A stretch of DNA of 64,000 bases from an uncultured Polaribacter sp. (lineage in GTDB: Bacteria > Bacteroidota > Bacteroidia > Flavobacteriales > Flavobacteriaceae). The notes under the pieces are model-generated. The model was not told the DNA's origin. It saw only the letters and a list, made by a program, of their open reading frames with translations, and did no database searches. The position numbers and the translations under genes are program-made. Of the stretch, positions 11,341 through 20,451 are shown piece after piece; the stretch's first letter is position 1; each line of letters begins with the position of its first letter. The stretch is taken from contig OX044355.1 of NCBI GenBank assembly GCA_943846595.1, positions 1,788,199-1,852,198 on the forward strand. The letters are read 5' to 3'.

Positions 11341-12087
11341 TTAATCTGTTAAAAGGGTTACCTCAATGTTTTCTAGGATAATTTCTGATACTTTTTTCAA
11401 TTGCTTTTTATCAAAGGCGAGGTCCAAATCGACCAATGGAGTTTCTGGATGTATTGGTTGATAGTTGTGGTAATCAACAAATCGTATTCCTTTTATATTG
11501 CATTGCTCCTTTAGCACTCGAAAGCGTTTTCCACCGCCATTTGTATGAAAGGTATAGGCCAAATAGTCAATTAGAAAATCTTCTTTTCCAATCCAATAGA
11601 CAAAAACATCCTCAAAATCTTCTCCTCCACCATCTTCCAAAAATGTAATCATCACCTTGAAGTAGTCCTTTCCAGCGACAACCGATGAAGGCAATAGTTT
11701 CTTTTGTACCGCTTTATCATTGAGTCCATAAGGCAGTACAGAAAAATAGTGCACAGAGTTAATCGAATTTCGATATTTTACAGCCATCGTATCTGCCACT
11801 GTAATAGGTGTATCATCTTCAAAACGCTGAAAACCTTCATTGGATATGACATCTCTTATTTTAGAAGTAGTATTGAGAGCAGTCCTTTCCAAATAAAAGG
11901 TTCCCTTTTTTCGAATTGCTGCATATTTTTTATCTCTAAATTGAAACCTAATTTGAGCACTCCCTACTTTGTCTGCCCCTGATCGAACGAAAGTTTTATC
12001 TACAATTTGTTGCGCGGTAAGTGGTGTTTCCTTCTTTGCACAAGAAATAAAAAGTGTGAATGTAACTAGAAAAAAAAAGCGTACCAT
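11341..12087 (-). CDS. Conserved flavobacterial lipoprotein (DUF6503-like)
   Basis: Lipobox FISC; SINSVHYF..LPYGLND, EDGGGED, DYLAY, FVDYHNY motifs. Confidence 0.7.
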   Translation of the reverse strand: MVRFFFLVTFTLFISCAKKETPLTAQQIVDKTFVRSGADKVGSAQIRFQFRDKKYAAIRKKGTFYLERTALNTTSKIRDVISNEGFQRFEDDTPITVADTMAVKYRNSINSVHYFSVLPYGLNDKAVQKKLLPSSVVAGKDYFKVMITFLEDGGGEDFEDVFVYWIGKEDFLIDYLAYTFHTNGGGKRFRVLKEQCNIKGIRFVDYHNYQPIHPETPLVDLDLAFDKKQLKKVSEIILENIEVTLLTD

Positions 12088-12231
12088 TATGATTGTATTT
12101 TAAGTATAAATTCACTGCTAAATTACACATCTTAATCTTAATCAAAAATGTATCTTTGTTAAAATTTGGCAATTTTTTAATCCAAAGAAAAAAATACATT
12201 TACAAGCAATAACGATTCTAAAATCCAGTCA

Positions 12232-12696
12232 ATGACTGTTCAGAAAAACATCAACATACAAAATAAAAAGGCGCGATTTGAATATGAAATTCTCGACAAA
12301 TTAGTTGCTGGAATTCAATTAACAGGTACTGAAATAAAATCAATTCGACTTAGCAAGGCCAGAATTACGGAAAGTTTTTGTGAGTTTAATGAGCGTGGTG
12401 AATTGTTTGTTGTTAACATGTATATTGAAGAATATATTTTTGGGCATCAATTCAATCACAAGCCAAAAAGTGAACGAAAATTACTCTTGAACAAACGTGA
12501 ACTTAAAAAGCTTAAAAGAGATGTGGAGGCAAAAGGAAATACTATCGTTCCTTTGCGTTTGTTTATCAATGAGCTTGGTTTTGCAAAATTGGAGATTGCA
12601 TTGGCAAAAGGAAAACAAACCCATGACAAGCGTGAAGTATTAAAAGATCGAGACAATAAACGAGATTTGGATAGAATTAAAAAGAACTTCAATTAG
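12232..12696 (+). CDS. smpB: SsrA-binding protein
   Basis: NKKARFEYEI, AGIQLTGTEIKS, RKLLLNKRE, KGKQTHDKRE. Confidence 0.97.
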   Translation: MTVQKNINIQNKKARFEYEILDKLVAGIQLTGTEIKSIRLSKARITESFCEFNERGELFVVNMYIEEYIFGHQFNHKPKSERKLLLNKRELKKLKRDVEAKGNTIVPLRLFINELGFAKLEIALAKGKQTHDKREVLKDRDNKRDLDRIKKNFN

Positions 12697-12721
12697 AGAT
12701 ACTGGATCTAAACCCAGAAAC

Positions 12722-13300
12722 ATGTTACGCGAAAAATTAAAAAATTACCATATTATTTTGGCTTCTGGATCTCCAAGAAGGCAGCAATTCTTTAAGGATT
12801 TGGACATTGCATTTACCATTGAATTCAAAGATGTAAAAGAAGTATATCCTTCCTCATTGAAAGGACTTGCAATCACTGATTATTTGGCCGATTTAAAATC
12901 AAAATCCTTTACCAACTTAAAAAAAAACGATGTATTGATTACCTCGGACACCATTGTTTGGTTGGACGGAAAAGCTTTGGGAAAACCCAAAGACAGGCAA
13001 GATGCTTTTAATATGCTCCGAGCGCTCTCTGGGAAGAAACACGAAGTAATGACTTCTATTTCAATAAGAGGTACTCATTTTCAGAATATTGTAAATGATA
13101 TTACCGTGGTTTATTTCAAAGAAATCTCTGACGAAGAAATCAATTATTACATCGACACTTACCAACCTTTCGACAAGGCGGGCGCCTATGGAATTCAGGA
13201 ATGGATTGGTTTTATTGCTATTGATAAAATAGAAGGTAGTTTTTTTAATGTAGTAGGATTGCCCGTTCATAAACTCTATGATGCATTGATGCACTTATAA
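12722..13300 (+). CDS. maf: Maf family nucleoside-triphosphate pyrophosphatase
   Basis: ILASGSPRRQ, SDTIV, GKPKD, DKAGAYGIQ, NVVGLP. Confidence 0.93.
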   Translation: MLREKLKNYHIILASGSPRRQQFFKDLDIAFTIEFKDVKEVYPSSLKGLAITDYLADLKSKSFTNLKKNDVLITSDTIVWLDGKALGKPKDRQDAFNMLRALSGKKHEVMTSISIRGTHFQNIVNDITVVYFKEISDEEINYYIDTYQPFDKAGAYGIQEWIGFIAIDKIEGSFFNVVGLPVHKLYDALMHL

Positions 13301-13448
13301 ATTGTATCGAACCTAATTGATCTTAAGAAAGCTTCTTGCAGACTTTTCAACAGAATGTGTGAAAGTCTTGGTTGTATTCTCTCTTTTCTTTTCATTAAAG
13401 AAAAATAAAAGTTTATTTTTACGCAAAATTTAACAACACACACTTAGA

Positions 13449-14405
13449 ATGAAAAAATACACCTACACAGAAAAAAAAGATACTAGATCTGGTTTTGGAG
13501 ACGGTTTAACAGAATTAGGGAGAACAAATCCTAATGTAGTTGCCCTTTGTGCCGATTTAATTGGTTCTTTAAAAATGGACCAGTTTATCAAAGAAAATCC
13601 AGAAAGATTTTTTCAAATTGGGATCGCGGAAGCAAATATGATTGGAATTGCAGCGGGACTTACCATTGGAGGTAAAATACCTTTTACAGGAACATTCGCA
13701 AATTTTACTACGGGTCGTGTGTATGATCAAATTCGTCAATCAGTTGCTTATTCTGACAAAAATGTAAAAATTTGTGCTTCTCATGCAGGTTTAACCTTAG
13801 GGGAAGACGGTGCGACGCATCAAATTTTAGAAGACATTGGTTTGATGAAAATGTTGCCAGGTATGACGGTAATCAACACCTGTGATTACAATCAAACCAA
13901 AGCAGCTACCATTGCTATTGCAGACCATGATGGGCCTGTTTATTTGCGTTTTGGAAGACCTAAGGTGCCTGTTTTTATGCCTGCAGATGAAAAGTTTGTT
14001 GTTGGAAAAGGAATTCAATTAACCGAAGGAACCGACGTAACCATCGTTGCTACTGGACACTTGGTTTGGGAATCCTTACAAGCGGCAGAAAAATTAGAAG
14101 CGGAAGGGATTTCTGTAGAAGTGATCAATATTCACACCATCAAACCATTAGATGAGGACATTATTTTAAAGTCTGTTGCCAAAACAGGATGTATTGTAAC
14201 TGCTGAAGAACATAATAAACTAGGTGGTTTAGGAGAAAGTGTTGCGCGAACATTAGCAGTGAACACCCCTACTCCACAAGAATTTATAGCTACCAATGAT
14301 ACTTTTGGTGAATCAGGGACTCCAGCGCAATTGATGAAAAAATATGGATTGGATTCGGATGCAGTTGTTGCTGCCGTTAAAAAAGTAATTTCAAGAAAAA
14401 AATAA
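13449..14405 (+). CDS. Transketolase, C-terminal (pyrimidine-binding) subunit
   Basis: GIAEANM, GEDGATHQ, PVYLRFGR, TAEEH motifs; no TPP-binding N-terminal domain. Confidence 0.92.
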   Translation: MKKYTYTEKKDTRSGFGDGLTELGRTNPNVVALCADLIGSLKMDQFIKENPERFFQIGIAEANMIGIAAGLTIGGKIPFTGTFANFTTGRVYDQIRQSVAYSDKNVKICASHAGLTLGEDGATHQILEDIGLMKMLPGMTVINTCDYNQTKAATIAIADHDGPVYLRFGRPKVPVFMPADEKFVVGKGIQLTEGTDVTIVATGHLVWESLQAAEKLEAEGISVEVINIHTIKPLDEDIILKSVAKTGCIVTAEEHNKLGGLGESVARTLAVNTPTPQEFIATNDTFGESGTPAQLMKKYGLDSDAVVAAVKKVISRKK

Positions 14406-14415
14406 AAAATACAGT

Positions 14416-15030
14416 ATGAAAAAAGGAATTTTACTCATTTGTTTGACATTTGCTTTTAGTCAAAGCACTAATGCACAACTCAATTTTGGAATTAAAGGGG
14501 GAGTAAATTATAATTCGGAAACTATTGTTGCAGTTACTGAAAATGTTTTTGAAGGCGCAGAAAGTAAAACAGGATACCACGCAGGGATCTGGTTACGCGC
14601 AAAAATCCCTGTATTGGGAATTTATATTAGACCCGAATTGATCTATACCAATTTAGAGAGTAGCATTACCTATCTTCCAGCAGGAATTGTTGCAGATGCA
14701 CTTCAAACAGATTTTAGTTTTCAAAAAATTGATATTCCTGTATTGTTTGGTAAAAAGTTCTTAGGTGTGGGAAATGTATTTATTGGACCTAGTTTTCAAT
14801 ATGTTTTAGCTCAAGATTTTGACTTGAATGATATTCCAGAGGTAACTGGAGATGGTTTTACCGTTGGACTGCAAATAGGTGCTGGAATTGAATTGGGGAA
14901 ATTAGGAATAGATGTACGTTTGGAAAGAGGTTTCAACGATATTGAATCTCGTTTTCTAGATGATACTACGAGTATTGAATTTGATACTCGAGTAAATCAA
15001 ATACTTATAGGATTGTCGTATCGATTCTAA
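14416..15030 (+). CDS. Outer-membrane beta-barrel (PorT/porin family) protein
   Basis: Signal peptide, FGIKGGVNY start, alternating beta strands, terminal LSYRF. Confidence 0.8.
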   Translation: MKKGILLICLTFAFSQSTNAQLNFGIKGGVNYNSETIVAVTENVFEGAESKTGYHAGIWLRAKIPVLGIYIRPELIYTNLESSITYLPAGIVADALQTDFSFQKIDIPVLFGKKFLGVGNVFIGPSFQYVLAQDFDLNDIPEVTGDGFTVGLQIGAGIELGKLGIDVRLERGFNDIESRFLDDTTSIEFDTRVNQILIGLSYRF

Positions 15031-15049
15031 AAAATATTTTTATGGCATA

Positions 15050-15083
15050 AAAAAAGCGCTTGAGAATTTCAAGCGCTTTTTTT
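15050..15083. terminator. Bidirectional intrinsic terminator
   Basis: AAAAAGCGCTTGA-GAATT-TCAAGCGCTTTTT between convergent genes. Confidence 0.8.
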
Positions 15084-15105
15084 GTAGGGTAAAACATCAA
15101 TTTCG

Positions 15106-15984
15106 TTAATTAATGTCTGGATTTAGATAATCTGCTAATGTTGGGTTATTAGGATCACTAAAGTCATTTGCGGGATTTCCATCCCCATTAGCATCTTCGT
15201 CTTTGGTTAGTACCCCATCCCCATCATCATCGCCGTCTAAATAATTGACAAAAAAGTCACCATTGGTATCATCATTTCTTGGGTCACCATCTCCGTCAGG
15301 ATCTTCTAACCAAGATGGAATCCCATCATTATCATGATCAGTGTCTTTTACAAAATCAAATAAATTAATGTAAAAGATTAAGTTTTCATTGGAACGAATG
15401 GAACCGCTGGTTCCCGAATTTCTGTAAGCCAAACCTGAAGGAATGAATAAAATACCCTTTCCACCATTTTCAAAAGTAATGGGGCCGTTATCGGTTACAT
15501 TGTCTCCGTTTTTAAAATTGGTAAATCCATAAGACCAACCTCTAATTACTGAGTTTAGAGTAAACCAAATTGGCGTTTCTCTGATTTCAAACCTAGGTGT
15601 AATACTATCAGAACCATTAATTCGAAACCCTTCGTATTTTACAAAAATAGAATCTAAAGGGGTTGGAAATCCTTTCTCATTGATAGGGTTTCCAACGCTT
15701 TCTACATAATAATACAATTCATAGTCAATTTCATTTTCTGTTACATTCATGGTCTTCAGATTCGCATCTTCAGAAAGAGGTGTTGCACCCGCCACTAAAG
15801 TTTTTACAGAATCAACCGCTGTGTCATAGTAGTGTTTGGTAAAGAATATCGATAGAGAGTCTCTGTCAATGAGTGCTTGTGCTTCATGGTCAAAAACCTC
15901 AACAGAAGTCCTATCAGAATCGCCACATGCATATGCTAGAACACTTAGGATACAAAGTGCAAAAATATTTTTTAAATTATTCAT
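15106..15984 (-). CDS. FKBP-type peptidyl-prolyl isomerase lipoprotein with acidic C-terminal repeats
   Basis: Lipobox AYAC; VIRGWSYGF, LFIPSGLAY, LIFYINL; repeated DxDxDG motifs at the C-terminus. Confidence 0.85.
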   Translation of the reverse strand: MNNLKNIFALCILSVLAYACGDSDRTSVEVFDHEAQALIDRDSLSIFFTKHYYDTAVDSVKTLVAGATPLSEDANLKTMNVTENEIDYELYYYVESVGNPINEKGFPTPLDSIFVKYEGFRINGSDSITPRFEIRETPIWFTLNSVIRGWSYGFTNFKNGDNVTDNGPITFENGGKGILFIPSGLAYRNSGTSGSIRSNENLIFYINLFDFVKDTDHDNDGIPSWLEDPDGDGDPRNDDTNGDFFVNYLDGDDDGDGVLTKDEDANGDGNPANDFSDPNNPTLADYLNPDIN

Positions 15985-16064
15985 TTATTCGTCTTAATTT
16001 GGTGTCGCAATTTAGCAATTTAATACCTTTGTAAAAAGGCAAAAGTACTTTTTTAACAATTTTT

Positions 16065-16454
16065 ATGAGAATTGACAAATATCTATGGTGCATTCGGGTT
16101 TACAAAACCCGAAATATCGCTACAATAGCCTGTAAAAAAGGCCATGTAAAGATAAACGACGCCAATATAAAACCGTCTAAAGAAGTCTTTGGAAACGAGC
16201 TTCTTTTGGTGCGAAAAAATCAAATCAATTATCAATTTAAAGTTTTAGATTTACCCGAAAGTCGTGTCGGTGCAAAAATTGTGGATTTGTATCGCAAAGA
16301 TGTGACTCCAAAAGAGGCCTTTGAGAAAAATGAAATGCTTAAATTTGCGAGAGATCACTACCGAAAACAAGGTTCTGGACGCCCTACCAAAAAAGACCGA
16401 CGCGATATTGAAGATTATAGAGATATAGAAGATATAGATAACCAAGATGACTGA
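16065..16454 (+). CDS. S4-domain RNA-binding protein (Hsp15/HslR-like)
   Basis: MRIDKYLWCIR.YKTR, GRPTKKDRR. Confidence 0.92.
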   Translation: MRIDKYLWCIRVYKTRNIATIACKKGHVKINDANIKPSKEVFGNELLLVRKNQINYQFKVLDLPESRVGAKIVDLYRKDVTPKEAFEKNEMLKFARDHYRKQGSGRPTKKDRRDIEDYRDIEDIDNQDD

Positions 16455-16950
16455 TACAAAAAACATTATTTTAAACACTCTAGCAGTGTCGCAAAAAATA
16501 CGAAGAATTGCTTATCAAATTTTAGAGAGTAATTCCAACGAGAAAGAAGTTGTTATTGTTGGAATTGTTGGCAATGGTTTGCTATTGGCTAAAAAGTTAG
16601 TAGTTGATCTTAACAAAATATCAGACATTAAAACAACACTCTGTGAGATTGTTGTCAATAAAAAAAATCCCTTAGATCCCATTCGAACTACTTTAAATGA
16701 AAAAGATTATAAGAACAAATCAATTGTTTTGGTAGATGATGTACTCAATTCTGGAGCTACTTTAATCTATGCCGTTAAACATTTTTTAAACGTTCCATTA
16801 AAAAGATTTAAAACTGCGGTTTTAGTGAATCGGAATCACAAAAAATATCCTGTAAAAGCAGATTTCAAAGGAATTTCATTGTCAACCTCTATCAACGAAC
16901 ATGTCGTGGTAGAATTTAACAAGAATGAGACCATTGCCTATTTAATGTAA
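16447..16950 (+). CDS. Phosphoribosyltransferase family protein (PyrR-like)
   Basis: VLVDDVLNSGATL PRPP loop, RNHKKYPVKADF. Confidence 0.85.
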   Translation: MTDTKNIILNTLAVSQKIRRIAYQILESNSNEKEVVIVGIVGNGLLLAKKLVVDLNKISDIKTTLCEIVVNKKNPLDPIRTTLNEKDYKNKSIVLVDDVLNSGATLIYAVKHFLNVPLKRFKTAVLVNRNHKKYPVKADFKGISLSTSINEHVVVEFNKNETIAYLM

Positions 16951-17460
16951 TTTTGTTTGTATTGCTGTAACAATTTCTTGGGCATCTTTTTGATCTATTC
17001 CAATTTTATGAAGTGCTTGTTCGTAGAAGAAACGTCTTTCAAACAGATGTTTTGCAACGTATTCTCCCAACTTCTCATCTCCTATTTCTTTGACCATAGG
17101 CCTGTTTTCTCTCCCTTTTATCAATCTTTCCACCAAGAGTGAAATACTTGCTTGTAAATAAAATGAAGTAGTTTGCTGCGCCTTTAAAATAGATTCCATA
17201 TTGTTTGCATAGCATGGGGTTCCGCCCCCTAGAGAAAGAACGAAATCCTTCTCAGAACTTAAGAGATCGCTAAGGTAGGCATGCTCTATTTTTCGAAAGT
17301 ATATTTCTCCCTTAGTTTTAAAAATAGCCTTGATCGTACTTTTCTCTTTGGATTCGATGTAGGCATCTAGATCAATAAAAGGCATCGAAAGCTCTTTGGA
17401 AAGAAGCATTCCAATAGTCGATTTTCCAGAAGCCATATATCCTAATAAAACGATTTTCAT
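16942..17460 (-). CDS. aroK: Shikimate kinase
   Basis: GYMASGKSTIG, IDLD, GEIYFRKIE, SLGGGTP. Confidence 0.93.
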   Translation of the reverse strand: MKIVLLGYMASGKSTIGMLLSKELSMPFIDLDAYIESKEKSTIKAIFKTKGEIYFRKIEHAYLSDLLSSEKDFVLSLGGGTPCYANNMESILKAQQTTSFYLQASISLLVERLIKGRENRPMVKEIGDEKLGEYVAKHLFERRFFYEQALHKIGIDQKDAQEIVTAIQTKLH

Positions 17461-17559
17461 TCTTTGGGAGTTTCTGCAAATATCGATAAAAAAAAGACAT
17501 TTTTATAGGGTTAATTTTTAAGAATGATATTATATTTGTACTCGATTTAATTGAGTCTC

Positions 17560-17635
17560 GACCTGGTAGCTCAGTTGGTAGAGCATCTCCCTTTTAAGGA
17601 GAGGGTCCTGGGTTCGAGCCCCAGCCCGGTCACCA
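17560..17635 (+). tRNA. tRNA-Lys(UUU), CCA encoded
   Basis: Cloverleaf: AGCTCAGTTGGTAGAGC D arm, TCTCC-CTTTTAA-GGAGA anticodon arm, GGTTCGAGCC T arm, ends ACCA; TATATTTG promoter motif upstream. Confidence 0.95.
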
Positions 17636-17637
17636 TG

Positions 17638-17667
17638 AAAAAGTTGGGCGTGGTGCTTGACTTTTTT
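17638..17667 (+). terminator. Terminator-like hairpin between the two tRNAs
   Basis: AAAAAGTTGGGC-GTGGT-GCTTGACTTTTTT, stem with several G-U pairs. Confidence 0.5.
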
Positions 17668-17679
17668 ACTTTAATAAAA

Positions 17680-17763
17680 GCGCACGTGGCGAAATTGGTA
17701 GACGCGCAGCCTTGAGGGGGCTGTGTTCGCAAGAACGTGGAAGTTCGAATCTTCTCGTGCGCA
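17680..17763 (+). tRNA. tRNA-Leu(GAG), CCA not encoded
   Basis: GCGCACG/CGTGCGC acceptor stem, CAGCC-TTGAGGG-GGCTG anticodon arm, long variable arm GTTCGCAAGAAC. Confidence 0.95.
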
Positions 17764-18370
17764 CTTTTACAACAGCTGCTCTACTTCGTGTTATCTTTGG
17801 CTTATAGCTCTTGCTGTTTTGAATACGACTTCTCTTTTTTCCTAGCGTCATTTTAGAACGCTACTTAGCAACAAACCCAGTAATAACAGTTTTTAAGAAA
17901 CTTTTAGTATTTCAATCAACGTGCATCCCCACAAGAAAGCAAAAATTTATTTTTTTAAACCCTAATTATCAGTTTTCATTTTTGAAATTTCTACAAGAGC
18001 CCCATTTTAGGACACTAACGTCACTTTTATTTAAAATTTATAAATTTATTTATGTTAATTTTTAACACTTTAAAAAAAGAGGCTTTTGTTCTATCGCTGT
18101 AAAAGAGATTTCATTTCCTTTTGCGCTTTCTTGATGTACTATTTATTCCATATCTTCAAATTTTCCTCTTTTAAAAGGAACTTCTCTTTTACGCACCGTT
18201 GTCGCAGGATTGCATCTTGTGGTTTTCAACCGTATTGCATGGTGAAAAATGATCTTCCAAACCAACTTCTCATTTTCCAAGCGCCAGTTTGGGATACTAA
18301 CAGCTTTCTTTTCGTTCATTTTTACAAATAATTCACCAATCTATACCCGAATATTCTTAAATTTGTCACT

Positions 18371-19180
18371 ATGCAAAAAATATTCTTCGGGTTCCTTTTC
18401 GTTTTTACAATCAGTAGTTTTTCTCAAACAGACTCACTAAAAGTAAGCCCTTTAAAAGGTCAAATTGTGCACGGGATCAGCAAACGTTCGTTAAGCGCAG
18501 CTCATATTCTCAACTTAAATACGGTTGTAGGAACCATTACCAATGATAAAGGTTTTTTTGATCTTCCAACCCGCGCAAATGATACCATTTTAGTTTCTTA
18601 TTTGGGCTTTGCTTCCATCAAATTAAAAATTACCAACGATTTATTAAAAGGTAATGAATTGGTAATTGCGCTCTATGAAAAACCGGAAGAGGTGCGTGAA
18701 GTGATCATCAAATCGACCAAACTCATTGGGGTTTTAGAAGTAGATATCAAACAAGTACCGAAAGATAAATTTACACGGATTCATATCAATGGGCTGCCAC
18801 AAACCTATGAGGTGGGGAAACCAAAAGAAAAAGACTTCTCTTCTCCTTTGGCTGCCCTATTTCAACCTGTAGATTTCTTATACTCTCTTTTTGGGAAAAA
18901 ACCCAAACAATTAAAGAAACTTCAAAAGTTAAAGAAACAGGATGATTTGCGGAAAATGTTGGCCGGGAAATTTGATCGTGAGGTAATGATGGAATATTTA
19001 GAAATGGACAGTCAAGAACTCTCAGAGTTGCTTTCTGATTGTAATTATTCGGAGTATTTTATCAAAAAAGCTTCTGACCTACAAATGATTGAAGCTGTCT
19101 TGGATTGTTATGAGAGCTATAAAGCGCTTAAAAAAGGAAAGATTGAACGCAATAACATTCCTGAAAGAAAACAAAATTAA
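18371..19180 (+). CDS. Carboxypeptidase-regulatory-like (CarboxypepD_reg) domain exported protein
   Basis: Signal peptide; GTITNDKGFFDL, DTILVSYLGF motifs. Confidence 0.8.
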   Translation: MQKIFFGFLFVFTISSFSQTDSLKVSPLKGQIVHGISKRSLSAAHILNLNTVVGTITNDKGFFDLPTRANDTILVSYLGFASIKLKITNDLLKGNELVIALYEKPEEVREVIIKSTKLIGVLEVDIKQVPKDKFTRIHINGLPQTYEVGKPKEKDFSSPLAALFQPVDFLYSLFGKKPKQLKKLQKLKKQDDLRKMLAGKFDREVMMEYLEMDSQELSELLSDCNYSEYFIKKASDLQMIEAVLDCYESYKALKKGKIERNNIPERKQN

Positions 19181-19191
19181 AGCAAAAAAAA

Positions 19192-19216
19192 CGGTCAGAA
19201 ACATTGTTTCTGACCG
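19192..19216. terminator. Intrinsic terminator; U tract on the minus strand
   Basis: CGGTCAGAAAC-ATT-GTTTCTGACCG preceded by A run at 19184-19191. Confidence 0.75.
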
Positions 19217-19228
19217 AACCCTACTTTT

Positions 19229-19256
19229 TAACTAACTAACTAACTAACTAACTAAC
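19229..19256. repeat. (TAAC)7 tetranucleotide tandem repeat
   Basis: Seven exact TAAC units counted. Confidence 0.95.
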
Positions 19257-19257
19257 C

Positions 19258-19335
19258 TTATATGATTTTCGACTGAATCGTTTCTAATGAATTGTTTTTC
19301 TTACCTTTTTGTAGCTCTTTTTCTTCAATTTTCAT
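19258..19335 (-). CDS. Putative small ORF, 25 aa
   Basis: MKIEEKELQKGKKNNSLETIQSKII*; A-rich sequence before ATG; lies between two terminators. Confidence 0.35.
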   Translation of the reverse strand: MKIEEKELQKGKKNNSLETIQSKII

Positions 19336-19453
19336 TTTTTATAGCATTTAATTACACCTGTAGGACGGGGCATTTTTCATTTCGTTACACTCTTTTTTTT
19401 ATTTAACATATATTTAAGAAATTACGTTTCGGTTATGTAGGTGAAATTAGCGC

Positions 19454-19482
19454 AAAAAAAATCCAGCTAAGGCTGGATTTTT
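19454..19482. terminator. Intrinsic terminator of the SPFH gene
   Basis: AAAATCCAGC-TAAG-GCTGGATTTT. Confidence 0.8.
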
Positions 19483-19503
19483 ATATAATGTGTGGAAAAT
19501 TTA

Positions 19504-20334
19504 TTATTGATTCCCAAGAATGATAGGCATTCCAGACTCCCCAGAACCAATGACAATTACTTTACTGTTTGAAGATTTCGCAAGCTCTAAAGTAGCGTCA
19601 ATTCCTTTTTCTTGTAAAATTTTATCTGTCAAAGAAGCACTTAAAATTTTATTTGCAATGGCTTTCCCTTCGGCATCAATTTTTTGCCTTTTTGCTTCTT
19701 TTTGTGCTTTCGAAATTCGAAACTCGTATTCTAAGGATTCTTGCTCTTGTTTTAATTTCGTTTCAATAGCTGTTCGAATCGTTGCAGGTAATTTTACGTC
19801 TTCAACCAAAACTCTTGTTACCAATAAAAATTGATTTTGTAGTACTTTTTGAACTTCGTCTAAAATTTCTTGTTCAATGACATCTCTTTTACTAGAGTAC
19901 AATTGTTCTGGAGTGTATCGACCAACAACGCTTCTTGCTGCGGCATTAATAGCTGGATCCAACAATTCACGCTCATAATCCTCTCCTTTGGTTTTAATTA
20001 GTTTTCCTAAATTACTAAATTCAGGTTCATACCAAATGGTTCCGTTAACTCTTACTTCCAATCCATTTACTGAAAGTACATTCATTTCATCGGAAATCGA
20101 TTGCTGACGAACTTTTCTTACAATCATTTTATTCCAAGGCAACATAACATGAAAGCCTTCTCCATAGGTTTTCTCTGTATCGATACCGCCTCCAAGGCTT
20201 TCAAAAATTACTCCACCTTCTCCAGGTCCGATAGTTATGGTTGATTTAGAAAATAAAAAAATTCCGATTACGGCAACTATTATTAAGAAAACTCCTCCTT
20301 TTGGGAAGTTAAGATCTACTTGATTCCTTGTCAT
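19504..20334 (-). CDS. SPFH/prohibitin (band 7) family protein
   Basis: N-terminal TM, EGFHVMLPWN, ARSVVGRY, EDVKLP, coiled-coil EAKRQKIDAEGKA. Confidence 0.92.
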   Translation of the reverse strand: MTRNQVDLNFPKGGVFLIIVAVIGIFLFSKSTITIGPGEGGVIFESLGGGIDTEKTYGEGFHVMLPWNKMIVRKVRQQSISDEMNVLSVNGLEVRVNGTIWYEPEFSNLGKLIKTKGEDYERELLDPAINAAARSVVGRYTPEQLYSSKRDVIEQEILDEVQKVLQNQFLLVTRVLVEDVKLPATIRTAIETKLKQEQESLEYEFRISKAQKEAKRQKIDAEGKAIANKILSASLTDKILQEKGIDATLELAKSSNSKVIVIGSGESGMPIILGNQ

Positions 20335-20451
20335 ATTTATTTGTTTTTAAGTTTATTCAAATTTACAAAATTAATATTCATTTATGAAAATAAAACAATC
20401 TATATCTCTTAACAAAAGTTTATAAAGTTATTGAGTTATTTTAAAATTTAA

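Noticed and set aside
17666-17851. 61-aa minus-strand ORF
   Set aside because: Overlaps tRNA-Leu on the opposite strand
17560-18370. Prophage or integrative element at the tRNAs
   Set aside because: No integrase, phage genes or duplicated tRNA 3' end (att site) found in the window
19229-19256. TAAC repeat as a CRISPR or telomere-like array
   Set aside because: Simple 4-nt microsatellite without spacers or cas genes
19258-19440. 6S RNA or riboswitch identity for this intergenic unit
   Set aside because: No long closing stem with central bubble and no riboswitch consensus that I could recognise; left as an unassigned small unit
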